Of a stretch of DNA of 64,000 nt, positions 1 through 20,458 are shown one piece after another (positions within the stretch are counted from its first letter, which is position 1; the number at the start of each line of letters is the position of its first letter). The position numbers and the translations under genes are program-made. The DNA lies in the NCBI GenBank assembly GCA_002269645.1, contig NIVC01000939.1, positions 124,001 to 188,000 of the forward strand, written 5' to 3'. The DNA comes from Macrostomum lignano. Its lineage: Eukaryota. Below the pieces are notes generated by a model. That model worked only from the letters and a program-made list of their open reading frames with translations, made no database searches and was not told the origin of the DNA.

Positions 1-300
1 TTTGCAGGAAAATGTCTTGCCAAACTTGCCTGAAGCTGGGGGGATAAGTTTTATACTCTCTTTAAATAAGTCAAAGCAGACACGATTAAACTGTACTCAG
101 ATGCGTAATAAAGTTTTGATGACGCTTCGTAGCTCCTTACCGTCTATTTGTGAACTCTTGCTTACTTGTACTAAACAGCAATACTGCTGGCTTACTAATC
201 GCAGTAAATAACTTTTATACTATATAATCATTAGAGCTGTCTGTTACCTACATGCGCAAAGTGTACAGTACAGTGCATATTGGTCCTGGAGCAATGCCGG

Positions 301-2234
301 TGTTAGGGTTTCTCTTCTCCGGAGTTACGGATCTCCGGCCCGGAGATCCGACACGAAAAATTATACGATTTTATGATCGCCCGCACGGATATCAGAAACC
401 ATGACATAAGATAAGGTGAGAGATCGCCGCCATGCTAGACTCTCCGAAGTATCTTAGAAAATAAGAGCTTTAGTGACCAGCCCGATACAAAGAGACACAG
501 AGACAATTGGCGAGCAAGGCGAGCAACGCGCGGGAGGCGCACAGCGAAAAAGCGACCTCCAAGCTATGTATTTTACGAGTATAACGAGTTACAAGCAAAA
601 AAATTGAGATAAAAGCAGAAATTGAATTTAAAAAACTCAAGCGGAGAGCTGCGCGCAAATTGAGTCAGAAAACGCGGTGAGAGGCTCACCTAAAAAGGCT
701 AGCAGGCGGAGGGGGGGTGGGGGCTGGCCCCCACCCCACACAGATGCACAGAGACAGCAAAGGGGGCGGGCTGATCACTAAAGCCGGTTTGCACAGGCGC
801 AAGCACCCATGCAAACCAAAGCAATTTCTCCGAATTTCTCCGATTTGAGAAAAGCCCAGCACGTGAGCAGCCAACCTAGCTTGCGCAACGCAACTTTTTA
901 TCGATAAGTTTCTAGTACATAAGGCCGTTCACACAGCCATCAATCAATTGGGACTAAATTTAGGGTTGGTTAGACTTGTGCATCACTTTTCATCTTTTTG
1001 AATATACATGTACACGTAAGTCGAATGATTTGATTGGATCATTTGACGGTGGAAGGAATGAGCCTTTGAGCGCGACACGTGACACAATAGCGAATTGTAT
1101 ATAAGCAGTGAAGGCATATGATGAGTATGTGTCAGTTTGCGATTTTCTTACTTGCTAACAAGGACAACTGAAGTAGTATATAACGTAACTTCATTTGTCC
1201 TTGCTTGCTAATAGTTGAATGGCTACCTTGAATCGAAAATTCTTCTATGTACTGAACAATGACTACGCACAAATCCCTTTAAATCCCTTTCGACTTAAAA
1301 GCCAAAAAAAGCAATTTGAAGAGAAGTATTAGGGAAAAAGAGCAGAAATTTTGGCATCCACGATGGAGCATTATATTACATGGTGAGAAAAAAGGATGAC
1401 AGTAAGCGCATGCGGCCCGAAGACAAGCGCAAGGTGCTGTTTACCGGCTTCGAAATCTACGGAGGGATGATCGAAACGGTGGTAAGATGCGATACACCTG
1501 AAGTCAGCAGGTCTACATCGTGACCAGGTGCCTCGGTCGCAACGCATATCGATTAGGACTCATTAGAAGTGTCAATGGCAATTGCATCTAAAGAAGTGCT
1601 TTCTACAAGTACTATCGATGAGCGAATCTCTAGTTTTTTAATAGAATTGCATGCGGAATTCCAGACTGACAACACATCATATTCGGATTTATCAAAGCTT
1701 GCTATTTTTGCCCTGATATGGTGCATGACGACTGCAAATATACGAGCCACAGTGAATACTTTACTTTCTTGCATGGAAAATGTCTTGAAATGTAGAAAAA
1801 TGACTGACGCTGTATAGCGATTTTTACTAACATTTATGCTTTTATAAAAATTTTAAAGGGTAAGAAAAAGTAACTATACACAATACTCGTAACAAGTTTA
1901 AAATTTCCGACTCAATAAAATGCGGAGATCGGTAATCGGAGATCCTAAATCAAACCTTAGTTTTTGCACTCGTGACGGAGATCGGCAAACGGTGCAGAAT
2001 CTCCGAGGGGATAACAGAATCTGGTTTTGGATCTCCGGATGGGGAGACCTGACCATGCCCTGGAGATCCCACAACGGTGACGGATCTCCTATCGCGGAGA
2101 GCCATAACCGTTTGTAGTCTCTGAAGGAGATCTTAAACCGTTTAAGGTCTCCGGTTGGCGATCCCAGTCCGTTTGCAGTCTCCGGATCGGCGACCCAAAA
2201 CTGACCGGAGCCCCGGAGATTCTAAACCGTAACA
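301..2234. mobile_element. Non-autonomous Ginger1-like DNA transposon (1934 bp), TGTTA...TAACA termini, 4-bp CCGG TSD
   Basis: Left end ccgg|TGTTAGGGTTT (TSD 297-300), right end AAACCGTAACA|ccgg (TSD 2235-2238). Imperfect TIRs and many subterminal GGAGATC/GATCTCC motifs. Removing it restores collinearity with the 3' flank of the paralogous gene (about 3560-3790). TGTNR termini and CCGG TSD are described for Ginger1. No intact transposase ORF. Confidence 0.75.
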
Positions 2235-2262
2235 CCGGAGCGCTCCAACCCGATTCACACGC

Positions 2263-2979
2263 TCAGTCCGCAGCTCTGCGCAGCGCTTCAAAAGTAGTGG
2301 CGAGATCCCCGACCAACTTCTGCGTCTCCTTGATCTGACCGGCCCGCGCCTCCAGACCGTTCAGAATGTTCACCAGAGCTTCGTTCGCCTGCGATACGAT
2401 TGGTGCGAGCATTTGCTCAAGGTTTGGCCTCCGCTTCAACAGTCCCTTCAACTTGTACAGCCCCTTCTTCAAGTGACGGAAGATGTTCAGCTTGCGGAAT
2501 ATTCTCCGGATCCTAGACTGATCCTCAGACACAGTGTAAAGCGCCGCAAACGGATCCTCGGCAGACGGAGTCTAAAGCGCTGCAGGCGGATCCTCGGAAG
2601 GCGGATCCTGGGAAGGCGAATCCTCGGAAACTGGAAGCGGAAACGCCTCCATTTCTGCTGCAGCTGGACTTCTTCCTCCGGACTCAGGTCGTACTGTTGG
2701 GGGCGAAGTATTGCAACAATAAGGTTTTTAATACGCTGAATACGACGATGACGATGCGACAACCCACTTGATTTCTCACCAAATCGGGGTCGTCCAGCAG
2801 CTCCAGTGCCTCCAGATTGTCCGCCTCCGCTTCGTCAGCGGGCTCCAACAGGTTCTCCACTACTGGAGACTCCGCTTCGGCTGCCAGCTCCCAGGTGGGC
2901 GGCTGCGGCTCCTAGGAGCAGCAGCAGCGGCAGCAGGTGCAGCCGGTAGCCGGTGAGCATTTTCCCGGTAGCCATGCCT
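2263..2979 (-). pseudogene. Secreted cationic LPRIR-repeat peptide precursor, copy A (two frameshifts); exon 1 about 2777-2979, exon 2 2263-2693
   Basis: Paralogous to copy B over the signal peptide, acidic spacer, YDLSPEEEVQLQQKW, LPRIR repeats and C-terminal helix. A 29-nt deletion in exon 1 relative to B gives a stop at 2835. Exon 2 is 431 nt (not 3n): the LPRIR frame (ORF 2487-2762) and the C-terminal frame (ORF 2263-2532) differ. Confidence 0.7.
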
Positions 2980-3229
2980 GTAGCAAAGCTGGGGTGCAGG
3001 AGAAGCTGGTCTGGGTGCTTATGATTATGATTATCTCGACGGTCTGGAGGGCTGGCGACTTCATTCTTATTTGAAAAGGTGCGCAACAAAATGTCAGCCG
3101 GTGTTCTTGAATTTCGTATGCCTGCGTTGCTCCGTTCCGGCGCAGCAAAAAAATGTCAGGGGGGATTCTGATTCATCTTGGTAGTTCGACGGGCGGAAAA
3201 ATGGCTTGGTATTCCCACTGTTAATATTA

Positions 3230-3544
3230 GCCGAGTGTGCAAGCTCGTACGACGTAAGAGTCGGTTTTCTTAGTAAATGTTGATGTCGGGATTGGTTTGT
3301 TTTTTGGCCAGGATGTTTTTGGCATGTCATTCCATTTAGATCAGTAGTTGTAAGGATTGTGCTGGGATAGCTAATTTTAAATATCAGGGCATTATGCATA
3401 AATATATGTAGATCTTGATCTAAGATGAAATTTTGTTGTCCCAGGGGGTGGGGTGGTTTTTTCCGAAAACTTGCTTGGTGATTGTGCCCTAGAAGCCCCG
3501 TCATGAAGACTATGCTAAGCAGACGCGATTAGACTTTACTCGGC
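3230..3544. mobile_element. Possible small MITE (TIR GCCGAGT...ACTCGGC, TA flanks)
   Basis: tagccgagt at 3228-3236 and actcggcta at 3538-3546 form a 9-bp inverted pair bounding about 315 bp between copies A and B. The TIR is short. Confidence 0.35.
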
Positions 3545-3780
3545 TACGTATAAATTTTAGTTGACGCTTCGTAGCTCCTCTAACTTATATTTAGGAACTT
3601 TTGATTACACTTGCAACAATCAGCAATACTGGTGGCATCAGGTTACTTATCGCAGGAGATAACACGTATACTATAATCATTAAAATTGTCTGTTACTTTC
3701 ATGTACATACTAAGTGCACAGCACAGTGCATAATAGTGACTCAAAGCGTGCCTTGGGTGTCGGAGCGCCTCCAACCTGAT

Positions 3781-4564
3781 TCACGCGCTCACCGCAGCTC
3801 TGCGCAACTGTTTCAGAGTCGTGGCGAGATCCCGGACAATTTTTTGCGTCTCCACGATTTGGCCGGCCTGTGACTCCAGGCCGTTTAGAATATTCACCAG
3901 AGCTTCGTTCGCTTGTGATATGATTGGTGCGAGCATATGCTCTAAATGTACCTTCCGCCGCACCACTCGCTTCAGCTTGCTCAGCGTCTTCTTCAAGTGA
4001 TGGAAGACGTTTAGCTTGCGGAATATCCTCCGAATCTTCGGCAGACGCAGGCGGATCCTCGGCAGGCGGATCCTCGGAAGGCGGATCCTCGGCAGGCGGA
4101 TCCTCGGCAGGCGGATCCTCGGCAGGCGGATCCTCGGCAGGCGGATCCTCGGCAGGCGGATCCTCGGCAGGCGGATCCTCGGCAGGCGGATCCTCGGCAG
4201 GCGGAAGCGGAACCATTTCTGCTGCAGCTGGACTTGTTCCTCGGGACTCAGATCGTACTGTTGTGGGTGAAGTATTGCAACGATAAGGTTAAAATACGCC
4301 GGATGCGACGGTCCGGAAAGCTGTTTGATTTCTCACCAAATCGGGGTCGTCCAGCAGCTCCAGCGCCTCCAGGTTGTCCGCCTCAGCCTCATCAGCGGGC
4401 TCCAACAGGTTCTCCTCTACTGGAGACTCCGCTTCGGCTGCCAGCTTCTCCTCGGGTTCCGCGGCCACCGCCTCACCCAGGTGGGCGGCTGCAGCTCCTA
4501 GGAGCAGCAGCAGCAGCGGCAGCAGGTGCAGCCGGTAGCCGGTGAGCATTTTCCCGGTAGCCAT
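3781..4564 (-). CDS. Secreted cationic LPRIR-repeat peptide precursor, copy B (intact, about 234 aa): complement(join(3781..4257,4337..4564))
   Basis: ATG at 4564 (or 4549), hydrophobic signal peptide [14 protein letters not shown], acidic spacer, donor TTG|GTGAGA at 4337/4336, 79-nt phase-0 intron, acceptor CAACAG|TAC at 4258/4257. Exon 2 is 477 nt, open: [19 protein letters not shown](LPRIR)10[89 protein letters not shown]. Confidence 0.8.
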
Positions 4565-5405
4565 GCCTGTAGCAGAGCTGGGGTGCGAGAGACGCGGGCC
4601 TGAGAGCTGCACAGGCACCGCTTTTATGCAGCCGCCCGAAACCCGGATTCCCCGCGTGAATCCGTATTTTGCTTCTGACAAAAGGAAGACATAGTGGCCA
4701 GCAAATCCTGGAGCTCTGAGGTGCCCCGCCTCTGTGCTGGCCAAATCCCGGGTGTGAGAGGCTGCAGACTGTTCTCAAGTCGACACTGAATATTCTTCTA
4801 TTTTCGCGTGGGCAGCAGTGTCGAAACAATAAAGGTGAATGTAAATTTTAGCGAAGACCCGCCGTTTAGAATGACTGGCTTCGTCTGTGATGGCGGACTG
4901 CGGATTCACATAACAGTTATGCATGATGCTTTTTAACTCTAGCGAGTTTTAACGAATCTAAGCAGCATCGGATCAAAAATATTAGTGCGAAGTTATGCAT
5001 TGCGCTCGTAATTCGTCTCTCCTTGTCCCACTTCAGAGTTTTGTTTTACAAAGATTGCTCACCACCTTGTCAACGTTACCATTTTATAATTATGCAATCA
5101 AATCATTGACCTTTTACGTGTTTTGCAAAATTTAATCAATCAACAAAGAAAAACAAATTTTATTGATATTTTATAACGGAAAGAGTAACAACTCATAGCA
5201 GTTTAAGTTTATTAAGATTTAGCGCTTGTGCCACTCGAAGAGTTGCAATATTCATTGCAGGATGTTTAGTCGCATGTAATTACTGGAAACCGTAAAGTGT
5301 ACTATTAAATGGAGCTGTCAGTTACCACACTGAGACAAAAATCATAGCTATTTATTGTCCGCTGTTCTCAATTGAGTTCAGCAACCCGGGCCAGTCGGCA
5401 TTGCC

Positions 5406-5870
5406 TCAGCCGACGCGGCGGCTCAGGGACTCCTGATCGCGCGCCAGCCGCAGCACCGCCTGCTGGATCTGCGCCAGACCCTTGGACTGCGCCTGCATCT
5501 CGTTGCTCATCTGCTGCATGACATCGCTGAGGCGGTTGATGGCGCTCGTTGGCCTCATGCGGGCGGCCTCCGCCAAGCTGGCGCGCATGCCGCTGAAGTC
5601 GGTGCGCAGGCTGCTGAAGCGGGGCGTCCACTTCTGCTGCTGGCTGAGGCTCGACTGGAATGCGCAGGGTCAGGAGGGTCAAGAGGTCAGTCAGGGCGAG
5701 TAGCCGCTCAAGTCAATTTTCGGGTGCGAGTCTCAAGTTAATACTTAGTTAAGACTTACGTCATCAATCTCAGCAGTGCCATCCGAAGAATCGGGCTCAC
5801 TTTGAGCAGCGGCTGCTCCTAGAAGCAGCAGCACGGCGAGGGCCGCGGTGGGAAGCAGTTGGGTGCGCAT
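5406..5870 (-). CDS. Divergent secreted precursor, copy C (about 119 aa): complement(join(5406..5654,5760..5870))
   Basis: [37 protein letters not shown], donor GAC|GTAAGT at 5760/5759, acceptor TTCCAG|TCG at 5655/5654, phase 0. Then SSLSQQQKWTPRF... and a heptad-rich helical tail. Shares LLLLGAAAA, intron phase and QQKW with copies A and B. Confidence 0.7.
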
Positions 5871-6461
5871 TGCGTTGCGTTCGTCTCTGCGGGGCTTCTT
5901 GAGCTCGGGCTGGGTCTGAGGTCTCGGGTCGAGAGATGAAGGCCTCGCGGCCACTTGGCCTGGCGGCTTTTTATTGCGCCGGCAATCCGGGATTCGCCGC
6001 GCAGCTCCGGGATCCGAGGCACTCGTTGCAGAGGCGAGTGGCGTCCCCGAGTCCAGGATTTTCGCGGCTCAAAGTTAGAAATAAAATCAGTAGTGCTACC
6101 TCCATGCTACCTCAGTGCTCTCCATGAATCCAGGAGTTGCACTGGGGTTGTGCGGAGCGGACAATAGGCTTGAGCAGAGGGCGGCAGAGTGAGCACACTA
6201 GTAAATATTTTCAAGCGGAGAGTTCTCTGGCCTTAATGATAATGATGGCCCGGCTTTTATGAGCATTTCTATTTGCAGGTCTGCATTTCTCCTAAAAGCA
6301 GAGAGCAAGATTGTCTTGAAAATCTGACTGTGAATTTAGAAGCCAATGCTGTACTTTCGAGAGGCAATCATTTTTACATATAAGGAAAATTAAAGAAAAC
6401 TTGAAATTTGGGAATTGGTCAGAGAACCAGACTGAACGGAGAAATGTTGCTTAAAGAGCGA

Positions 6462-9130
6462 GAGTGAATGTGAATCTGAGTGCGAGAGTGAATGTGCGAG
6501 AGTGAATTTGAATTTGAGTGTTAGAGTGAATGTTTATCTGAGTTTTATAGTGAATGTGAATCTGAGTTTTATAGTGAATGTGAATCTGAGTGTTAGTGTG
6601 AATGTGAATCTGAGTGTTAGTGTGAATGTGAATCTGAGTGTTAGTGTGAATGTGAATCTGAGTGTTAGTGTGAATGTTAATCTGAGTTTTATAGTGAATG
6701 TGAATCTGAGTTTTATAGTGAATGTGAATCTGAGTTTTATAGTGAATGTGAATCTAAGTGTCAGAGTGAATGTGAATCTGAGTGTCAGAGTGAATGTGAA
6801 TCTAAGTGTCAGAGTGAATGTGAACCTGAGTGTCAGAGTGAATGTGAATCTGAGTTTTATAGTGAATGTGAACCTGAGTGTCAGAGTGAATGTGAATCTG
6901 AGTTTTATAGTGAATGTGAACCTGAGTGTCAGAGTGAATGTGAACCTGGGTGTTAGTGTGAATGTGAATCTGAGTGTTAGTGTGAATGTGAATCTGAGTT
7001 TTATAGTGAATGTGAATCTGAGTTTTATAGTGAATGTGAATCTGAGTTTTATAGTGAATGTGAATCAAAGTTTTATAGTGAATGTGAATCTGAGTGTTAG
7101 AGTGAATGTGAATCTGAGTTTTATAGTGAATGTGAATCTGAGTGTTAGAGTGAATGTGAATCTGAGTTTTATAGTGAATGTGAATCTGAGTTTTATAGTG
7201 AATGTGAATCTGAGTGTTAGAGTGAATGTGAATCTGAGTTTTATTGTGAATGTGAATCTGAGTGTTAGTGTGAATGTGAATCTGAGTGTTAGTGTGAATG
7301 TGAATCTGAGTGTTAGTGTGAATGTGAACCTGAGTGTTAGTGTGAATGTGAATCTGAGTGTTAGTGTGAATGTGAATCTGAGTGTTAGTGTCAATATGAA
7401 TCTGAGTGTTAGTGTGAATGTGAATCTGAGTGTTAGTGTGAATGTGAATCTGAGTGTTAGTGTGAATGTGAATCTGAGTTTTATAGTGAATGTGAATCTG
7501 AGTTTTATAGTGAATGTGAATCTGAGTTTTATAGTGAATGTGAATCTAAGTGTCAGAGTGAATGTGAATCTGAGTGTCAGAGTGAATGTGAATCTAAGTG
7601 TCAGAGTGAATGTGAACCTGAGTGTCAGAGTGAATGTGAATCTGAGTTTTATAGTGAATGTGAACCTGAGTGTCAGAGTGAATGTGAATCTGAGTTTTAT
7701 AGTGAATGTAAACCTGAGTGTCAGAGTGAATGTGAATCTGAGCGTTAGTGTGAATGTGAATCTGAGTGTTAGTGTGAATGTGAATCTGAGTTTTATAGTG
7801 AATGTGAATCTGAGTTTTATAGTGAATGTGAATCTGAGTTTTATAGTGAATGTGAATCTGAGTGTTAGAGTGAATGTGAATCTGAGTTTTATAGTGAATG
7901 TGAATCTGAGTGTTAGAGTGAATGTGAATCTGAGTTTTAAAGTGAATGTGAATCTAAGTGTCAGAGTGAATGTGAATCTAAGTGTCAGAGTGAATGTGAA
8001 CCTGAGTGTCAGAGTGAATGTGAATCTGAGTTTTATAGTGAATGTGAATCTGAGTTTTAAAGTGAATGTGAATCTAAGTGTCAGAGTGAATGTGAATCTG
8101 AGTTTTATAGTGAATGTGAATCTAAGTGTCAGAGTGAATGTGAACCTGAGTGTCAGAGTGAATGTGAATCTGAGTTTTATAGTGAATGTGAATCTAAGTG
8201 TCAGAGTGAATGTGAACCTGAGTGTCAGAGTGAATGTGAATCTGAGTGTTAGTGTGAATGTGAATCTGAGTGTTAGTGTGAATGTGAATCTGAGTGTTGG
8301 TGTGAATGTTAATCTGAGTGTTAGTGTGAATGTGAATCTGAGTGTTAGTGTGAATCTGAACCTGAGTGTCAGTGAATGTGAACCTGAGTGTTAGTGTGAA
8401 TGTGAATCTGAGTGTTAGTGTGAATGTGAACCTGAGTGTTAGTGTGAATCTGAACCTGAGTGTCAGAGTGAATGTGAATCTGAGTGTTAGTGTGAATCTG
8501 AACCTGAGTGTCAGAGTGAATGTGAACCTGAGTGTTAGTGTGAATGTGAATCTGAGTGTTAGTGTCAATATGAATCTGAGTGTTAGTGTGAATGTGAATC
8601 TGAGTGTTAGTGTGAATGTGAACCTGAGTGTTAGTGTGAATGTGAATCTGAGTGTTAGTGTGAATATGAATCTGAGTGTTAGTGTCAATATGAATCTGAG
8701 TGTTAGTGTGAATGTGAATCTGAGTGTTAGTGTGAATGTTTATCTGAGTGTTAGTGTGAATGTGAATCTGAGTGTTAGTGTGAATGTGAACCTGAGTGTT
8801 AGTGTGAATGTGAACCTGAGTGTTAGTGTGAATGTGAATCTGAGTGTTAGTGTGAATATGAATCTGAGTGTTAGTGTCAATATGAATCTGAGTGTTAGTG
8901 TGAATGTGAATCTGAGTGTTAGTGTGAATGTTTATCTGAGTGTTAGTGTGAATGTGAATCTGAGTGTTAGTGTGAATGTGAACCTGAGTGTTAGTGTGAA
9001 TGTGAATCTGAGTGTTAGTGTGAATGTGAATCTGAGTGTTAGTGTGAATATGAATCTGAGTGTTAGTGTCAATATGAATCTGAGTGTTAGTGTGAATGTT
9101 AATCTGAGTGTTAGTGTGAATGTTTATCTG
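6462..9130. repeat. 24-bp minisatellite (GTGAATGTGAATCTGAGTGTTAGT and TTTTATA/GTCAGA variants), about 110 units
   Basis: Direct tandem periodicity; produces the VNVNLSVS pseudo-ORFs. Confidence 0.95.
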
Positions 9131-9490
9131 CTTCAGTAGCTGCCTCGATAACAGCTAGCGTAAAAAGCTACAGAAGTTTTTTGCGATATGCACTACTTAT
9201 CCAGTCTGGCCAGTAGTGACCAAAGACTTTAAATGTACACGTAAATTAAATTTTGTCAATGCATTTTTAAAAATGATGCAGGAATGTTGACAAACAGCTT
9301 TAGTATAACCTTGAACTCTTGAACTTTGGTGGCTCAGTGTCGCATTTTATTGAGACAAGGCAATAAATCACAGTATTTAACATGCAGCATAGCAATTTTG
9401 TATTTAAAAATCATATACTGATCACATGGCATTGAAACAGCAAAGTCTCGGCCTGCTTCCAATGTACACAGCGCGGCCTCAGGTGCGGCC

Positions 9491-18459
<8,969 letters not shown>

Positions 18460-20458
18460 GCCGCTGCGGGGGATGTGAAGTGGGGGTTGTAAAACTCATG
18501 CCGTTGCATTATATAATGCACTAATATTGCATTCATTGCCACGTTTTTCTTCTGTATGTACGCATAGCTTTATTCTACTAGTATATCGATTATTCGAATC
18601 AATCATAATTGCCGAGTAGCAATAAATTTATTCTTTTAATTAAAATTATGTTAACAAATTCTAAGTTATATCTTTATGAAGCTAATAACCTGCATGGCAA
18701 CAACTGATAACATGTTTTGCCAGATAGAAACTCATGCCGTTAACCGATTCGATTGTTAAAGTTCCGTTGAACTAGTTGTATTTGGTAGCAACAAGAAGGG
18801 AGACTTATTGAGGGCCTTCAAAAGTTTTGATTTCATGGAAGCTGGTTATTTCCATTTTCTGTTTGTTTTCTGACTGTGAGGTAGCAATGCGCTGTCGCAA
18901 CAGGAATTATTAAATTCAGTTTTCTTTACCACAAATACAGAAAAATTGTTTTCTTTTAAAACTTCATTGAATAGTTAAATTCCAATTCTTCAAAACCAAA
19001 ATTCAGAGTCAAAATTTCAAACAGATAGATCAAGTCATATAAATTTTTTTAAAGCATTTTGTGACTCCACACACAGTAAAAAGGCTTTGATATCTTAAAA
19101 TTGAGAATCGAAAAACCCAATAAAATTATGAATTCTAAAGTAATGGTTTTGAAAGGTGCTATCTAGACTCTCATGCAAATTCGTATAAAATATCCATACA
19201 CTAAAAATGAGTTGTCTATACATCCATTTATTATTTATATGTGATTGATTTAAAAAACGGCTCAACCGATATTCATGAGACTTTTTATGACTAAAAGCAA
19301 TAGCTAAAAAATATGAAATATGTCCTGGATATTCCCACTGTCACTATAAAAATTAAGTGTGTATCACTCGTTTTTTTTTCAACTCCTCGAGTTAAACGAC
19401 AAGCTTTTTTCGATTGTATGCAAAGGCTAAGGCAATACAAAAAATCGTACCACAAAAATATATATCTGAATAAAATCGAAGAATTAAATTCGTAGCATAA
19501 TTGTACTTCTTAGCTACCCAAAGATATACAAAATTTTTAATTTCTCTACAACAACAGTAAATTTAAAAGTTTTATTTTATTTTTCGAGGTTTTTGTAAAG
19601 TACTTCAAAATTTATTTCAGAAAGGAATAATAAAATGTGTTTTACTTAATTGGTTTCCGGGCTATCGTTTAATAATTAAACTTGACGTGAATTTGTCTGA
19701 ATAAAAAGAATAATTAAAAGTATGAAAACTAATGAAAAGTAAAACAGCAACTTCAGATACAAGAGTGTTTAAAATTTGATGAAATGAAAATTAGAAAAAT
19801 TTGCAAATAGCAATTAACTGAAAAACTAAAAGGTTCGCCAAGTTTTCTAAAAGCAAAAATTAAAATCTTTTTTACATGTACATGTTTGTGGAAAAGTAAG
19901 AAAATGACGCTAATGCTGCACGAACCCCAGGGACATTCTAGCAAATAATTTTGAAGCTTACAGTTTGTAGCTTTCACCGCGGGGAGTTTATTACAATATG
20001 GGAATAGTGTCAGCATGGGATAACGCCAAAATTTCTAAACGTGCTACATGTATGTAAATTTATGCATGATTGCATCTGCATTTTTGGTAATCAGGGAATT
20101 TATAGTGTAATTTTAGTGTTCCAAGCGAGCAGACCTAAGAAAGGCGCTGAGTTGAAGCAGCTAGAGAGTAAGATGACTGCGATCATTGCTTCATGTATAT
20201 GCATGTGTATTTAAAAGACATTTTGCAGTCTATTTAAAAGATATGGGAGAAGCATATGCAGATCCTGTCATAAAAGCTGCATGTATCTTCATTCATCTTC
20301 ATCAATCCACGCTGTGACATCAGGGTGGTACCAGGCTTCCGGCTGCGACTCCTCAGCAAGCAGCGAAATCCTGTCGGACGCATGCACATGCAATTCTGAG
20401 TCTGGAATTTTCTCCATCATCCTCGCAAAATCCCCGGCTTCATTTTGTTGAATCGATA

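Noticed and set aside
3710-4216. (PAEDP)n acidic ORF as the product of copy B
   Set aside because: The phase-0 splice from the signal-peptide exon enters the LPRIR frame, which also carries the C-terminal region conserved with copy A.
4016-4270. (RILGR)n cationic ORF on the plus strand
   Set aside because: Antisense shadow of the repeat; no ATG or signal peptide, and all gene signals are on the minus strand.
6502-9139. 630-aa and 257-aa VNVNLSVS ORFs resembling a beta-solenoid or amyloid protein
   Set aside because: A 24-bp (3n) satellite lacking stops in one frame; no unique domain, signal peptide or splice context.
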